A stretch of 64,000 nt of DNA. Source: an uncultured Candidatus Entotheonella sp. GTDB taxonomy: Bacteria; Tectomicrobia; Entotheonellia; Entotheonellales; Entotheonellaceae. Position 1 is the stretch's first letter. Every line of letters begins with the position of its first letter. Positions 1 to 9,875 of the stretch are shown here, piece by piece. Location: contig OZ244252.1 in NCBI GenBank assembly GCA_965217185.1, positions 1,856,001 through 1,920,000 of the forward strand, in the 5' to 3' direction. Position numbers and translations under genes: made by a program. Below the pieces are notes generated by a model that was not told where the DNA came from, did no database searches, and worked only from the letters and a program-made list of their open reading frames with translations.

Positions 1-1504
1 ACCCAAGATGCATGAATTTACGATCAAGGTGAACAAAGGGGAAAATACCGTCGACCGGCAGCGTCGGCGCCAGCTTCACGACACCCACCAGCATCAACGG
101 CGCCACTTCGCCGGCACCCCGCGCCATCGCCAGGATCAGCCCGGTGAGAATGCCGGGAGCAGAAGCCGGGAGCACGATGCGCTGCATGGTCTGCCATTTC
201 GAGGCGCCGCAGGCCAGCGAGCCCTCGCGCATGCCGCGCGGCACCGCGGTCAGAGCCTCTTCAGTGGCTACGATCACCACCGGCACGGTCATCAGCGCCA
301 GGGTCAGCGACGCCCAGATCACGCCGCCGGTGCCGAAGGTCGGGGTCGGCAGCGCGTTATGGAAAAACAATTCGTCAATGCTGCCGCCGACAAAATACAC
401 AAAGAAACCGAGCCCGAACACCCCGAAGACGATGGACGGTACCCCCGCGAGGTTGTTCACCGCGATGCGCACGGTACGCACAATGATGCCCTGCTTGGCA
501 TACTCGCGCAGGTACATGGCCGCCAGCACGCCGAACGGCGTCACCGCCATGCTCATCAACACGGTCATGACAAAGGTGCCGAAGATGGCCGGAAAGACGC
601 CGCCCTCGGTGTTCGCCTCACGGGGCTCCTGGATCAGAAAGGCCCACGCGTTATGCGCGGACAGCCCAAGGCGGCTCCAGAAGTCGAGCTGGTTGGGAAA
701 GTGATAGTCAACAACCTGTCCGAGCGGCAGAACGACTTCATCGCCGGTCGGGATACGGTAGACAATCTGGTTCTCGTCCTGCTGGCGACGCAATTCCCGC
801 GCCTCGCCGGCGAGATTTTCGTAGCGCGCCTGCAAGGGCGCCATGGCCTCCTCAATCGCCAGGTAAGCCGCATCGCCGGGCGGCGTGCCCTCACGATCCA
901 AGACGCGCTGTTGCAGCCGCAGCCGCGTCATCCTGGCGTTGATGGCACCGATGGCGCTGTTTTCGAGGTGCTTGATCTCACGCCGCCGCGCCGCCACCTC
1001 ATCCACCAGGTCATCGAGGCGACCGGCAAACTCCGGATTATCGGCCGTCAGTTCGCTATCCCCCTGAATCCGCAGCGCGATGGGCTCGCCAATGGCGTCG
1101 CCGTATTCCAGGCGCTCGATGCTGATCACTTGTTCGGGGAAGCGTTGCGCCACGATATCGTCGGCATCGACGTATCGGAAGCTGAGCCCGTAACGCTCCT
1201 TGTTGCCCACAAACAACTGCCATTCCACCTGCCGAGGCTGCGACGCGGCTCGCGCCATCTTGTATTGCCGTTTTACCACCTCGCCAGCCAGAATCGGCGC
1301 CTCGCCAAGCCGCGCCTGGCTCTCGCCGGCCAACTCAAGGTAAACGACGCGCTTGGGCCAGAACGCCGTGACGCCGTTGATCAAGATGAGGGCCAACAGC
1401 GACACCACCATGAGCAGGCCGACGGTGAGACCCATCGCCGTGATCCAAACCATCGGCTCGCCTGACCGGCCGGCTCGACGCCTTGAAGACTCCTGTGACC
1501 GCAT
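1..1504 (-). CDS. pstA: Phosphate ABC transporter permease PstA (long form), truncated by window edge
   Basis: Manual minus-strand translation from ATG at 1504 (MRSQESSRRRAGRSGEPMVWITAMGL...) to ...GVVKLAPTLPVDGIFPFVHLDRKFMHLG at the edge; directly downstream of pstC. Not in the ORF track because it runs off the window. Confidence 0.9.
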   Translation of the reverse strand, partial: MRSQESSRRRAGRSGEPMVWITAMGLTVGLLMVVSLLALILINGVTAFWPKRVVYLELAGESQARLGEAPILAGEVVKRQYKMARAASQPRQVEWQLFVGNKERYGLSFRYVDADDIVAQRFPEQVISIERLEYGDAIGEPIALRIQGDSELTADNPEFAGRLDDLVDEVAARRREIKHLENSAIGAINARMTRLRLQQRVLDREGTPPGDAAYLAIEEAMAPLQARYENLAGEARELRRQQDENQIVYRIPTGDEVVLPLGQVVDYHFPNQLDFWSRLGLSAHNAWAFLIQEPREANTEGGVFPAIFGTFVMTVLMSMAVTPFGVLAAMYLREYAKQGIIVRTVRIAVNNLAGVPSIVFGVFGLGFFVYFVGGSIDELFFHNALPTPTFGTGGVIWASLTLALMTVPVVIVATEEALTAVPRGMREGSLACGASKWQTMQRIVLPASAPGILTGLILAMARGAGEVAPLMLVGVVKLAPTLPVDGIFPFVHLDRKFMHLG

Positions 1505-1522
1505 GATGCACGCCTTCCGTTT

Positions 1523-3829
1523 TTAAACGGTCCGGTACTTTTCGCGCAGATGCTGACGCAGCAACTCCGCCAGGGTATTGATCAGGAACGTCAGCAGGAA
1601 AAGGAGCATGGCGCCCAAAAAGAGGGTTCGGTACAGCGTGCCGAACTGCGGCGCCTCGGGCAGTTCCACGGCGATGTTGGCCGACAGCGTGCGCATGCCG
1701 GAAAAGATGTTCCAGTCGACAATCGGCGTGTTGCCGGTGGCCATGAGCACGATCATCGTCTCGCCCACGGCGCGCCCCAGGCCGATCATCATCGCTGAGA
1801 AGATGCCCGCCGAGGCGGTCGGCAGCACGATGCGAGTGGCCGTCTGCCAACGGTTGGCGCCCAGGGCCAGCGAGCCGGCCTTCAACTCGGCAGGCACGTT
1901 CGACAGCGCATCCTCGGCAATCGTGAAGATAATAGGAATGACCGCGAAGCCCATGATGAAGCCGACCACCAGCGAGTTGCGCTGCTCGAAGCTCAGCCCC
2001 GTTGTCCGCACCCACCACAGGCGGAAATCGGCAATCCGATCTCCCGTCGCGGCGTCGGTGACCACAAACAACAGGCGCTCCACCACCGGCCCCAGCATCC
2101 AGGCAACGTAGGCAGCCACCGCCAGGAGCGGAAACACCGCCACGAACTCGTACCCCGGCTTCACGTAGCGGCTGGTCACGTTGCCGGGTATCGACGACCA
2201 CACGTAGCCCATGAGCAGGGCCACGGCCGGCACCAGCATGACAGCCAGCACGAACGACACAACCTTGGTTTCCAGGATCGGCGCCAGCCACAGGGCGGCC
2301 AGAAAACCCAGGATGACTGACGGCAGCGAGGCCATGATCTCCATCGTCGGTTTGACGACGGTGCGCAGATTGGGGTACAGGAATTGCGAGGTGTACATGG
2401 CGGCCAGCAGCGCCAGCGGCACGGCGAAGATCATCGCATAAAAGGTGCCCTTCAGGGTGCCGAACACAAGCGGCATCATCGACAGCTTGGGCTCGAAATC
2501 GTCCGTCGCGCCGGTGGACTGCCAAGTGAAGGCGGGTTCCTGCCCGCCCTCGTACCATACCCTTCCGAACAGGGCCGTCCCACCGGCCTCCGGGTGCGGG
2601 TCGCTCAGCTTGTAGACATGCAGGTCACCGCCTGTGTCGAGTGCGATAACGTGATCGTACTTGCCGCTCAGCCGCGCCAGGCTGGCCTCGAACGGCAGGT
2701 CCATTTCAACCCGGGTGCTGGCCGTGGTGCTGAACCGCAAGCCCAGCCACGAGGGCGTGCCGATCAGGAAGGCTTTGTTGCGAATGCTCGGGGCGTAGAA
2801 CGTCGGCGCTCCGGGGAGCGGCGCCAGGGTCTTGGTCTGGCCAAAGATGCGTGTGTTACCGTCCGGCGGCACGAACAGGCTGAAGATGCGGTTTTCGCCC
2901 TCGGGGTTGGTGAACACCATGGACACACCGCCAAAGACGAATTCCATGGAAGCGATGCCGGATTGTTCAAGGTCTTGAAACGGGTTGAAGACTTGTCTGA
3001 GAACAACCTGCTCCACGTCTTCGCCAGCTTCGAGATAGAAATAAAAGACTTGGCCGGCAGCCGTAGCCACCACCACGCCGTTCGCCGTCTGTGGCGTCAC
3101 GCCAATCATCTGCGGCGTACCCGACAGCAACGGCGTCAGATCATAGGTCGCTTTGAGGACGGTTTCGCCGGTACCCAGCAACGTTTGCTTCTGCTCCAGC
3201 AAAGCGGCGTGAACCTGTAGGGTGCCGTCAACGTCCTGCAACGCGGCGACAAGTTTCTGCGCCCCCGAATCTCCGTAGGCCACTTGGGTAATCGGCGCGC
3301 CCGGCTGGCCCAGCGCCAGGAAAGGCCCGGCCTCGGGCTGTGCCACGATGGTGCGGGTGTCGCCGTCGTACACCGGCTCGTAGTTCACGTCGACAAGGGC
3401 GAACTCCCCCTGCGTGGTGGCAAACACGACACGTTGGGCTTGTTGGTCGTAAGCGTATGCGGAGAAGGTGCGTTCTTCCTGGAAGGCCGGATTGACTTGG
3501 AAAGTACCTCGTTCACCCACGAGGTCGACGAAGGAAAGCATGCCGTCTTCGGTGACGAGCATGGGCAGCGCCGTCCACTCGTCAACGCCCAGCACCTGGG
3601 CGTTCGATACACCGGTCGGCACCGTGCGCAACGGCTGGATGCTGGCGCCCTGGAAAAGCGGCAGGATCTGCGACAGGATGAACACGAAAATGCCGAGGAC
3701 GGCAATGATGACCCCTAGCCCGCCGATGGTAATGAACCACGTCATGCACCGATCGATCAACAGGGTCGATCTCGCCGTTCCGAACTGCCCTTTCGATCCT
3801 ACCCGGGGCTCCACCGGCGCCACTGCCAT
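1523..3829 (-). CDS. pstC: Phosphate ABC transporter permease PstC with large extracytoplasmic domain
   Basis: C-terminal permease motifs (KPTMEIMASLPSVILGF, EDALSNVP...GSLALGA, GRAVGETMIVLMATGN). Start placed at ATG 3829 after GAGGAG. Confidence 0.92.
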   Translation of the reverse strand: MAVAPVEPRVGSKGQFGTARSTLLIDRCMTWFITIGGLGVIIAVLGIFVFILSQILPLFQGASIQPLRTVPTGVSNAQVLGVDEWTALPMLVTEDGMLSFVDLVGERGTFQVNPAFQEERTFSAYAYDQQAQRVVFATTQGEFALVDVNYEPVYDGDTRTIVAQPEAGPFLALGQPGAPITQVAYGDSGAQKLVAALQDVDGTLQVHAALLEQKQTLLGTGETVLKATYDLTPLLSGTPQMIGVTPQTANGVVVATAAGQVFYFYLEAGEDVEQVVLRQVFNPFQDLEQSGIASMEFVFGGVSMVFTNPEGENRIFSLFVPPDGNTRIFGQTKTLAPLPGAPTFYAPSIRNKAFLIGTPSWLGLRFSTTASTRVEMDLPFEASLARLSGKYDHVIALDTGGDLHVYKLSDPHPEAGGTALFGRVWYEGGQEPAFTWQSTGATDDFEPKLSMMPLVFGTLKGTFYAMIFAVPLALLAAMYTSQFLYPNLRTVVKPTMEIMASLPSVILGFLAALWLAPILETKVVSFVLAVMLVPAVALLMGYVWSSIPGNVTSRYVKPGYEFVAVFPLLAVAAYVAWMLGPVVERLLFVVTDAATGDRIADFRLWWVRTTGLSFEQRNSLVVGFIMGFAVIPIIFTIAEDALSNVPAELKAGSLALGANRWQTATRIVLPTASAGIFSAMMIGLGRAVGETMIVLMATGNTPIVDWNIFSGMRTLSANIAVELPEAPQFGTLYRTLFLGAMLLFLLTFLINTLAELLRQHLREKYRTV

Positions 3830-3850
3830 GGCATGCACTCCTCAAGAGTA

Positions 3851-3889
3851 GGAAAGGCAGGAAGAGAGAGGAGTCTCCTCCTGCCTTCC
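3851..3889 (-). terminator. Stem-loop between pstS and pstC
   Basis: AAGGCAGGA...TCCTGCCTT inverted repeat; on the minus strand it is followed by TTTCCT. Typical position for an mRNA-stabilising or attenuating hairpin after a binding-protein gene. Confidence 0.55.
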
Positions 3890-3920
3890 GTAACAATCCG
3901 ATGGCTGAGGTCTCCGAAGG

Positions 3921-4904
3921 TTACTGGAGTATCGTCATCGTGTCAGCGGACACCACGGCCGGCAGAGGGAAGTAGCCGTCTTTTACAACGATCTCCTGAC
4001 CCGCCTTCGAGTTGATGAAATTCAGGAACTCATAGGTCAGCTTGTCCAGCTCGGCGCCGGGCTTCTTGTTGACGTAAATATACAGGAAACGCGCCAGGGG
4101 GTAATCGCCGCTGAGGCAGTTTTGCAGGGTCGGCTCGTACATCGGGCCTTGATCGGCCAGCGGCAGCGCACGCACGCTGGAGGTCTTGTAGCCAATACCG
4201 GAGTAGCCAACACTGCCCAGATCGCTGGCCACGCCCTGCACCACCGAGGAAGAGCCGGGCTGTTCTTTCACGGTGTCCTTGTAATCGCCCTTCTTCAGCG
4301 CCACGCTCTTGAAAAAGCCATAGGTGCCGGAGGCGCTGTTACGACCGTACAGGGAAACCGGCCGTGCCGCCCAATCGTCGGTCAGGCCGGCGTCACCCCA
4401 GACCGCGAGGTCGGTGCCGCCGCGCTTGTAGGTGCTGGAGAAAATGCTGTCGACCTGCTGCAGGGTCAGACCTTCCACCGGGTTGTCCTTGTGCACGAAC
4501 ACCGCCAGGGCGTCGATGGCCACCCTCACCGGCGTCGGCTTGTAGCCGAATTCCTGCTCAAACTTGTCGAGCTCGGAGGACTTCATCTGGCGGCTCATGG
4601 GGCCCATCTGCGCGGTGCCTTCGATCAGCGCCGGCGGGGCGGTGGAGGAGCCCTTGCCTTCGATCTGGATGTTCACGTTCGGATAAATGGCCCGGAAGGC
4701 CTCGGCCCACAGGGTCATGAGGTTGTTCAGCGTGTCGGAGCCGATGCTGTTGAGATTGCCGGAAACGCCGCTGGTGCGCTCGTACTGGGACAGACCGGCG
4801 TCCACTTCCACCTGCGCCGGAGCCGTCATCGCCACACCGAGCACCAGCCCGCCGGCGAGCAGGAGGGAGACAAAACGCCTCGCAAGAACCGTCTTCACAG
4901 TCAT
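3921..4904 (-). CDS. pstS: Phosphate ABC transporter substrate-binding protein PstS
   Basis: Signal peptide; [30 protein letters not shown] motifs; AAGGAG RBS before ATG 4904. Confidence 0.95.
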   Translation of the reverse strand: MTVKTVLARRFVSLLLAGGLVLGVAMTAPAQVEVDAGLSQYERTSGVSGNLNSIGSDTLNNLMTLWAEAFRAIYPNVNIQIEGKGSSTAPPALIEGTAQMGPMSRQMKSSELDKFEQEFGYKPTPVRVAIDALAVFVHKDNPVEGLTLQQVDSIFSSTYKRGGTDLAVWGDAGLTDDWAARPVSLYGRNSASGTYGFFKSVALKKGDYKDTVKEQPGSSSVVQGVASDLGSVGYSGIGYKTSSVRALPLADQGPMYEPTLQNCLSGDYPLARFLYIYVNKKPGAELDKLTYEFLNFINSKAGQEIVVKDGYFPLPAVVSADTMTILQ

Positions 4905-4981
4905 TACTCCTTGTAGAGGGAGGGGGACTTCAATTGGCGCCTTGCCCATGCAAGGGCGCCGTCTTCGTACAGCATGCCTGC

Positions 4982-5047
4982 CCGCTGCAAAGATGCAGTT
5001 AGGACAGGGCGAAAATTGCGTCAGGCCGATTGGCGCGCCGCGTTAGA
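4982..5047 (-). promoter_or_regulatory. Putative Pho-box-like 11-bp-period direct repeats upstream of pstS
   Basis: Minus-strand heptamers starting at 5047 TCTAACG, 5025 CCTGACG, 5014 TTTCGCC, 5003 CCTAACT, 4992 CTTTGCA (multiples of 11 nt apart); degenerate. Confidence 0.4.
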
Positions 5048-5107
5048 GCATCCGTATCGAATTGCATCAGGAAGATATCCGCCAGCCCGTGCTCCCCCTC
5101 TCCCTAG

Positions 5108-6415
5108 TGTGCAAGCCGAACATCGTTTACAAAATAGACCGGGAACACGGTTTACACGGTTGACTCACGTTGATGCCACTGTCGGGCATGGGTAATCGTA
5201 TGGGTACGGTCATTCAGGACACCCAGAAGATGGAAGCTGTAGCGAATCTCCCAGCAGTCGTTGTCACAAGCAACCAGACCGATGGGTTCCTTGGCCAGCA
5301 CCGCCGAGAGATAGATCAGCCGCCCTCGCCATTTGAACTCACCCGTGCGCCGCACCCGCCGCACGGTGACACCACGGTCGTACTCAACCGCCGGCAGCTT
5401 GGCGCGATAGGGACGCCGCGAGACCTCATGCACACTGCCTGGCGTCAGGCGCCCAAGGGCTTCGTGAGAACGCTGCCAGTTGAACTCCTCGACAAAAGCG
5501 TCGAAGCGCCTCTGCTGCGCCGCAAAGCTACTGGCTGCCGGATTGATCACCGCTTCCTTGAGCGAGCGATGCATGCGTTCATGGCGACCGTTTTCGCTGG
5601 GCGTGGCCGGTCGAATGCGCTCCGGACGAATACCCAGGCGCACCCACCACTTTGAGAGTTGGCTGAGGCCACCGGCGGCCAGCGAGGCAAAGGGTGCGCC
5701 GTTGTCGGTGCGCAGGGTCTCGGGCAGGCCATACTCCCGAAACACCCACTCGAACCAGGGCTTGACGGCAGCCGTGGTCATGCGGCTCAGAGCGCGGCAC
5801 TGCAAGATAAAGCGGCTGTGATTGTCGGTGATGGTCAGGGGGTAGCAGCGTTGGCCGCCGCCGAGTCGGAAGTCGCCCTTGAAGTCAGCGCTCCAGCTCT
5901 GCGCCGGGGCGCTGCAGGTGACCAGGGCGTGCGGGTCCGGCGGCACGCGGCGGCGCTTGCGCCTTTGCCTGACCAGGCCGTTTCGCTTGAGGATGTCGGC
6001 GGCGGTGCTGTCGGCTGGCCAGGGATTGTCGGGCTCCAGAGCGCGGAGTCGATCCATGACCTTCTTGGGTCCGAAGCTCTGGTGCGCGAGCTTCATCTGC
6101 ACGATGCGCTCGGCAATCTCGGGTGCGGTGGTGTCAGGGTGTCGATGGGGTCTTCGTGAAAGGTCATGGAGTCCCTCGGGGCCACGGCTGTGATAGCGCT
6201 CAATCCACTTGTCGCCAGTGGGTCGGCTGATGCCATAGTGCATGCACAGGTCTCTCTTGGTGTAGCAACCGCTCAAGTAGTCGGCGATAAACTGAATGCG
6301 TTGGTCCATGGTACACGTCTCTTTCCAAGGCATCGGCGAATCCTCCTTCGCCCGATACCTTAAACGTAAACCATGTTCCCGGTTTAATGTGTAAAGGATG
6401 TTACCGGTTTGTACC
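5108..6415 (-). mobile_element. IS481-family insertion sequence, apparently intact
   Basis: About 50-bp imperfect terminal inverted repeats (TGTGCAAGCCGAACATCGTTTACAAAATAGACCGGGAACACGGTTTAC vs GGTACAAACCGGTAACATCCTTTACACATTAAACCGGGAACATGGTTTAC); CTAG duplicated at 5104-5107 and 6416-6419. Confidence 0.9.
5152..6333 (-). CDS. IS481-family DDE (rve) transposase
   Basis: MPWKETCTMDQRIQFI N-terminus, HTH, WSADFKG / RTDNG / ENGRHERMHRSLK catalytic motifs. Confidence 0.92.
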   Translation of the reverse strand: MPWKETCTMDQRIQFIADYLSGCYTKRDLCMHYGISRPTGDKWIERYHSRGPEGLHDLSRRPHRHPDTTAPEIAERIVQMKLAHQSFGPKKVMDRLRALEPDNPWPADSTAADILKRNGLVRQRRKRRRVPPDPHALVTCSAPAQSWSADFKGDFRLGGGQRCYPLTITDNHSRFILQCRALSRMTTAAVKPWFEWVFREYGLPETLRTDNGAPFASLAAGGLSQLSKWWVRLGIRPERIRPATPSENGRHERMHRSLKEAVINPAASSFAAQQRRFDAFVEEFNWQRSHEALGRLTPGSVHEVSRRPYRAKLPAVEYDRGVTVRRVRRTGEFKWRGRLIYLSAVLAKEPIGLVACDNDCWEIRYSFHLLGVLNDRTHTITHARQWHQRESTV

Positions 6416-6589
6416 CTAGCCCTCCCCCACGGAGGGGGGAGGGGACCGGTGTTGGAGAATGGATTAAACATCCTCCACCACAGGCTGAGGGCCTTTTTCT
6501 CCCTCTCCCCTGGTGGGAGAGGGTTGGGGTGAGGGGGAATTCGAGGCGATACACCCCCTGCATGTGGGTCCTCTTGATCCGAAAGCGCT

Positions 6590-7285
6590 CTAGAGCGCCT
6601 TGAAGCGATAGCCGATCCCGCACGTCGTCTCGATCATCTCGCGGAACCGCCCCAGCTTGCGGCGCAGGGCCGCGACGTGCACGTCCACCGAGCGTTCGGT
6701 GACGGTGACGCTGATGTCGGTACCGCGCGCCCAATCGACAATTTGGTAACGGGTGAACACCCATCCCGGCCGCCGGGCCAGGAGTTGCAAAACGCGGAAT
6801 TCCGTCGGGGTGAGACGGATGGATTGGTTATAGACACGCACGTCGTGCTCACCCGGCGAAATGACCAGACCGCCCCGCACGATCATTTCCGCGTCGGGAA
6901 CGGGATTCGTCCGCCGGCGCCGCAGGGCTGCCTTGATGCGCGCCAGAAGTTCACGCGGGCTGAAGGGCTTGGTGAGGTAATCGTCGGCCCCAACTTCCAG
7001 ACCTGTTACGACATCGGCCTCCTCACCCCGCGCCGTCAGCATGACAATCGGAATGATGGATGTCTGCGCGTCGCCTTTCAGCGCCTCGCAGACATCCAGC
7101 CCGTCCATACCCGGCAACAACACGTCCAGAATCACCAGATCGGGTCGCAGCGAACCCACCGCAGCCAGCGCTTCCTCGCCGGAGCCGACACACGTTACGT
7201 CGTGGCCGGCCGCGGCGAGGTTGTACTGCACCAACTCCAGGAGATCGGGTTCGTCATCGACCACCAGAATATGGGCGCGATTCAT
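6590..7285 (-). CDS. OmpR-family response regulator, PhoB/PhoP-like
   Basis: Receiver domain (VVDDE, ILDVLLP, LTA, KPFS) plus winged helix (RSVDVHVAALRRKL, GIGYRF); located between pst and the phosphate porin. Confidence 0.9.
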   Translation of the reverse strand: MNRAHILVVDDEPDLLELVQYNLAAAGHDVTCVGSGEEALAAVGSLRPDLVILDVLLPGMDGLDVCEALKGDAQTSIIPIVMLTARGEEADVVTGLEVGADDYLTKPFSPRELLARIKAALRRRRTNPVPDAEMIVRGGLVISPGEHDVRVYNQSIRLTPTEFRVLQLLARRPGWVFTRYQIVDWARGTDISVTVTERSVDVHVAALRRKLGRFREMIETTCGIGYRFKAL

Positions 7286-7368
7286 CGCCTTCCCCCCTTT
7301 CGGGGCCACTACGCGATGCGCCGCTCGCACGGCTGCTGGAGGGCTTGCATTGAGCGACATGACTCCGC

Positions 7369-8667
7369 CTAGAAATCCACCTGGAAGCGCATGGACACGA
7401 TCGTGGTGAGCTCGTCATCAAGATCGCCACGGTCCAGATAAGCCGCAATGTAATTGAACGCCACGCGGGCGTTGTTGTGGGGGTACCAGTTCAGGCCCAG
7501 CGTAAAGTTGCCCTCCACGCCGCCATCGAAATCACCGTCGCTGAGATCGACTCTGGACATGCGGGCCGCGACTTCGACCGCCCCCATGGTGCCCTTCTTC
7601 AGGTCGAACTTGCGTTTCGGCTTCGGGCGGCCAAAGGCGCCGCCGCTGTAGGGCCGCGATTCACCGGTCAGGAAATAACTTCCCATAACGTAGTAGGCCG
7701 AGAACGTGGGGTGTTCCGTTCCCATGACGTCGGGCGTGGCGGTCATGTATTCGGCCTGGACGGAAATCGGCCCGTACACCAAGGCGCCTTCCAACCCGAT
7801 CTTGTCAACCCGGTCGGAGTCCCCGCGAACATCGACGAGCCTCACACTGCTGGTCCTTCCCTCGGGGCGAGCGCGAAATCTAAATCCCTCTTCATTTTCC
7901 AAGTGATAGGCGAGACCTACGTGCGCCAACTGGGTCTTGCTGACCTGGAAGGGCGTGGCTGCCAATCTAAAGGTCAGGTTGTTGTCGGGGTTGTCGGTGC
8001 GATCGACCGTTCCATTGATGTCGGAACGTGTCATGGAGACGGCCCAATGGAGGCGTTTGTCCAGGACGCTGTTTTTCAGCAGAATGCCGACTTGTCGGCC
8101 GGGCACGAAAGCGTCGGTGAGGGAACGCTCCTGGAAGGTGATGAAACGACTGCTGGTCAACTCTTCAAGGCCAAAGGGAGCCCTGAATTTGCCGACATAG
8201 ATGTTGCCGACGGCCGGCAACTTGGCGAAGCGCAGGTAAACGTCTGTCCAACTTACCCCGCCGCCTGCGAAATCATATTCGGCCTTGAAGCGGATGTACT
8301 TGTGCAGTGTACCCCGGATGTAGATGCGGCTGCGGCGGAAGAAGATGCGATCCAACGGTTCGTCCAAATTCCCTTCGTCATCCACGAAAAAGGCATCTTC
8401 AATCTCATCGCTCGGTCGGATGAAGTTCCAGTCGTTCTGGATGCGACCGCCGATACGAACCTCGACGTTCTCATCCAGCGTGCGGATACGCAGCCCATTG
8501 CGCCACAGGGCCTCCATGTTCTTCGGCGCGTCCGCCTTGGCGGAATCTTCCAGGCGCTGGACGCGCTCCTCGAGACTCATCTGGGCCTGAACCATCGTGG
8601 ACGCGCTCAGGATGACCACCAACGCCAGACCTAACGCTAACATGCCCACTCGCATTCGGCGTTTCAC
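7369..8667 (-). CDS. Phosphate-selective porin OprO/OprP family
   Basis: Signal peptide; GLEELTSSRFITFQERS, FRARPE, LGLNWY, C-terminal RFQVDF; GGAGG RBS. Confidence 0.9.
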   Translation of the reverse strand: MKRRMRVGMLALGLALVVILSASTMVQAQMSLEERVQRLEDSAKADAPKNMEALWRNGLRIRTLDENVEVRIGGRIQNDWNFIRPSDEIEDAFFVDDEGNLDEPLDRIFFRRSRIYIRGTLHKYIRFKAEYDFAGGGVSWTDVYLRFAKLPAVGNIYVGKFRAPFGLEELTSSRFITFQERSLTDAFVPGRQVGILLKNSVLDKRLHWAVSMTRSDINGTVDRTDNPDNNLTFRLAATPFQVSKTQLAHVGLAYHLENEEGFRFRARPEGRTSSVRLVDVRGDSDRVDKIGLEGALVYGPISVQAEYMTATPDVMGTEHPTFSAYYVMGSYFLTGESRPYSGGAFGRPKPKRKFDLKKGTMGAVEVAARMSRVDLSDGDFDGGVEGNFTLGLNWYPHNNARVAFNYIAAYLDRGDLDDELTTIVSMRFQVDF

Positions 8668-8787
8668 TTAAACCTCCTTATTCCATGCAGCAGTTCAGTC
8701 GCTAAACGAATCCCTTGTTCCTCAGAGTCTGGTCGCAAGTTGCCGCGGACACGAACAAGGTACGGTGATGTGGCAAAAGATACCCAC

Positions 8788-8831
8788 CAACCATTAGGAC
8801 CAGGTAAAGATCACGTTAAAGGTAGGTGCAA
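8788..8831 (-). promoter_or_regulatory. Putative Pho-box-like repeat upstream of the porin/regulator operon
   Basis: Four consecutive 11-mers on the minus strand: TTGCACCTACC TTTAACGTGAT CTTTACCTGGT CCTAATGGTTG. Confidence 0.45.
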
Positions 8832-8847
8832 TACCATCTCGCTCGGT

Positions 8848-9681
8848 TCAAGCGGCGGGATTCGCGTCGCGCCGCTCGGCCGTCAACTGCCACACCAGAC
8901 CGCCCAGCGGCCCACCGATCAACGGTCCGACGATATACACCCAGAAGCCGCCGTCGGGGCCGGGAATCGCCACCCTGCCCCAGCCCAGCACGAAGGCCAC
9001 CAAGCGCGGGCCGAAGTCGCGCGCCGGATTCCAGCCGGCCTGCGTCAGCGGCGCGAAAAGGCTGATCAACACCGCCACGGTGAAGCCGATGAAGAACGGC
9101 GTCAGGTTAGCGCCGGGCCTGTCAGCATTGCGCGGCGACGTGAGGGCGAAAATCACCAGCATCAGCACGGCGGTGCCAAACCCTTCAACCAGCGCCGCCT
9201 GCCAGGGTGAAACGAGGGCGCGTGCTGCTGAATCGGTGCCGAACATCGCGGGATTCGGGAAGTATTCACCAAACACCATAGCGGACAGCTCGCTGCCCGG
9301 CGTGCCGCGCAGGATGCCCTTGGCCGCTTCGAAACGTCGCAGCAACGGGCCGAACAACGCCGCCACCGTGGCACCGGCCAGTACCGCGCCGGCCAGTTGC
9401 GCCGCCACGCAGGGCAGCAGCCGCTTGGCCGGGAATTCCGCCGGCCGAAACAGGGCCATGGACAGAGACACCGCCGGGTTGAGATGCGCGCCCGACAAAC
9501 CGGCCGACACGTAGATGGCCAGCGTGACGCCAAAACCCCATACCGCCGCCACCTGCCACAACCCCACCAAGGCACCGGACAGTACCGCGCTCGCCACCGA
9601 TCCGGTGCCGAACAGCACCAGCAGATACGTGCCCAACACTTCGCCGGCCAAGGCCCGGTTCAGCGGTGGTTGGGGGGTCAT
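8848..9681 (-). CDS. MIP-family channel, aquaglyceroporin (GlpF-like)
   Basis: SGAHLNPAV and WNPARDFGPRL motifs; Asp after the second NPA-R marks the glyceroporin type. Confidence 0.92.
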   Translation of the reverse strand: MTPQPPLNRALAGEVLGTYLLVLFGTGSVASAVLSGALVGLWQVAAVWGFGVTLAIYVSAGLSGAHLNPAVSLSMALFRPAEFPAKRLLPCVAAQLAGAVLAGATVAALFGPLLRRFEAAKGILRGTPGSELSAMVFGEYFPNPAMFGTDSAARALVSPWQAALVEGFGTAVLMLVIFALTSPRNADRPGANLTPFFIGFTVAVLISLFAPLTQAGWNPARDFGPRLVAFVLGWGRVAIPGPDGGFWVYIVGPLIGGPLGGLVWQLTAERRDANPAA

Positions 9682-9875
9682 GGGCGTGCCTCCTTGTTAG
9701 TTGGTGCGTGGGGTACGTTAGGCTCGGAACGTTAGCTTTTGATTAACCATTTGTAACGGTCGCGTTAGAGACGACCGACCCGACAACCTTTCTCTTCTTG
9801 CCCACCTCGGAATGATTGCGCTACCATAGTTGTGCCCAACTCACCGACTCTCTTACGCATCACCCCGAGGGAGCC

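Larger units (their letters stand above)
5094..6537. repeat. Inverted pair of REP-like palindromes; the first is split by the IS481
   Basis: Empty site reads CCCCCTCTCCCTAGCCCTCCCCCACGGAGGGGGGAGGGG (5094-5107 + 6420-6444). A second copy in reverse at 6499-6537 reads CCCCTCACCCCAACCCTCTCCCACCAGGGGAGAGGG. Confidence 0.7.

Noticed and set aside
8..1465. 485-aa plus-strand ORF and the many other long antisense ORFs in the track
   Set aside because: Shadows of GC-rich genes on the opposite strand (here pstA); no motifs.
1523..3829. Oversized PstC/PstA as a novelty
   Set aside because: Long-form Pst permeases with extra domains are known in several Gram-negative lineages.
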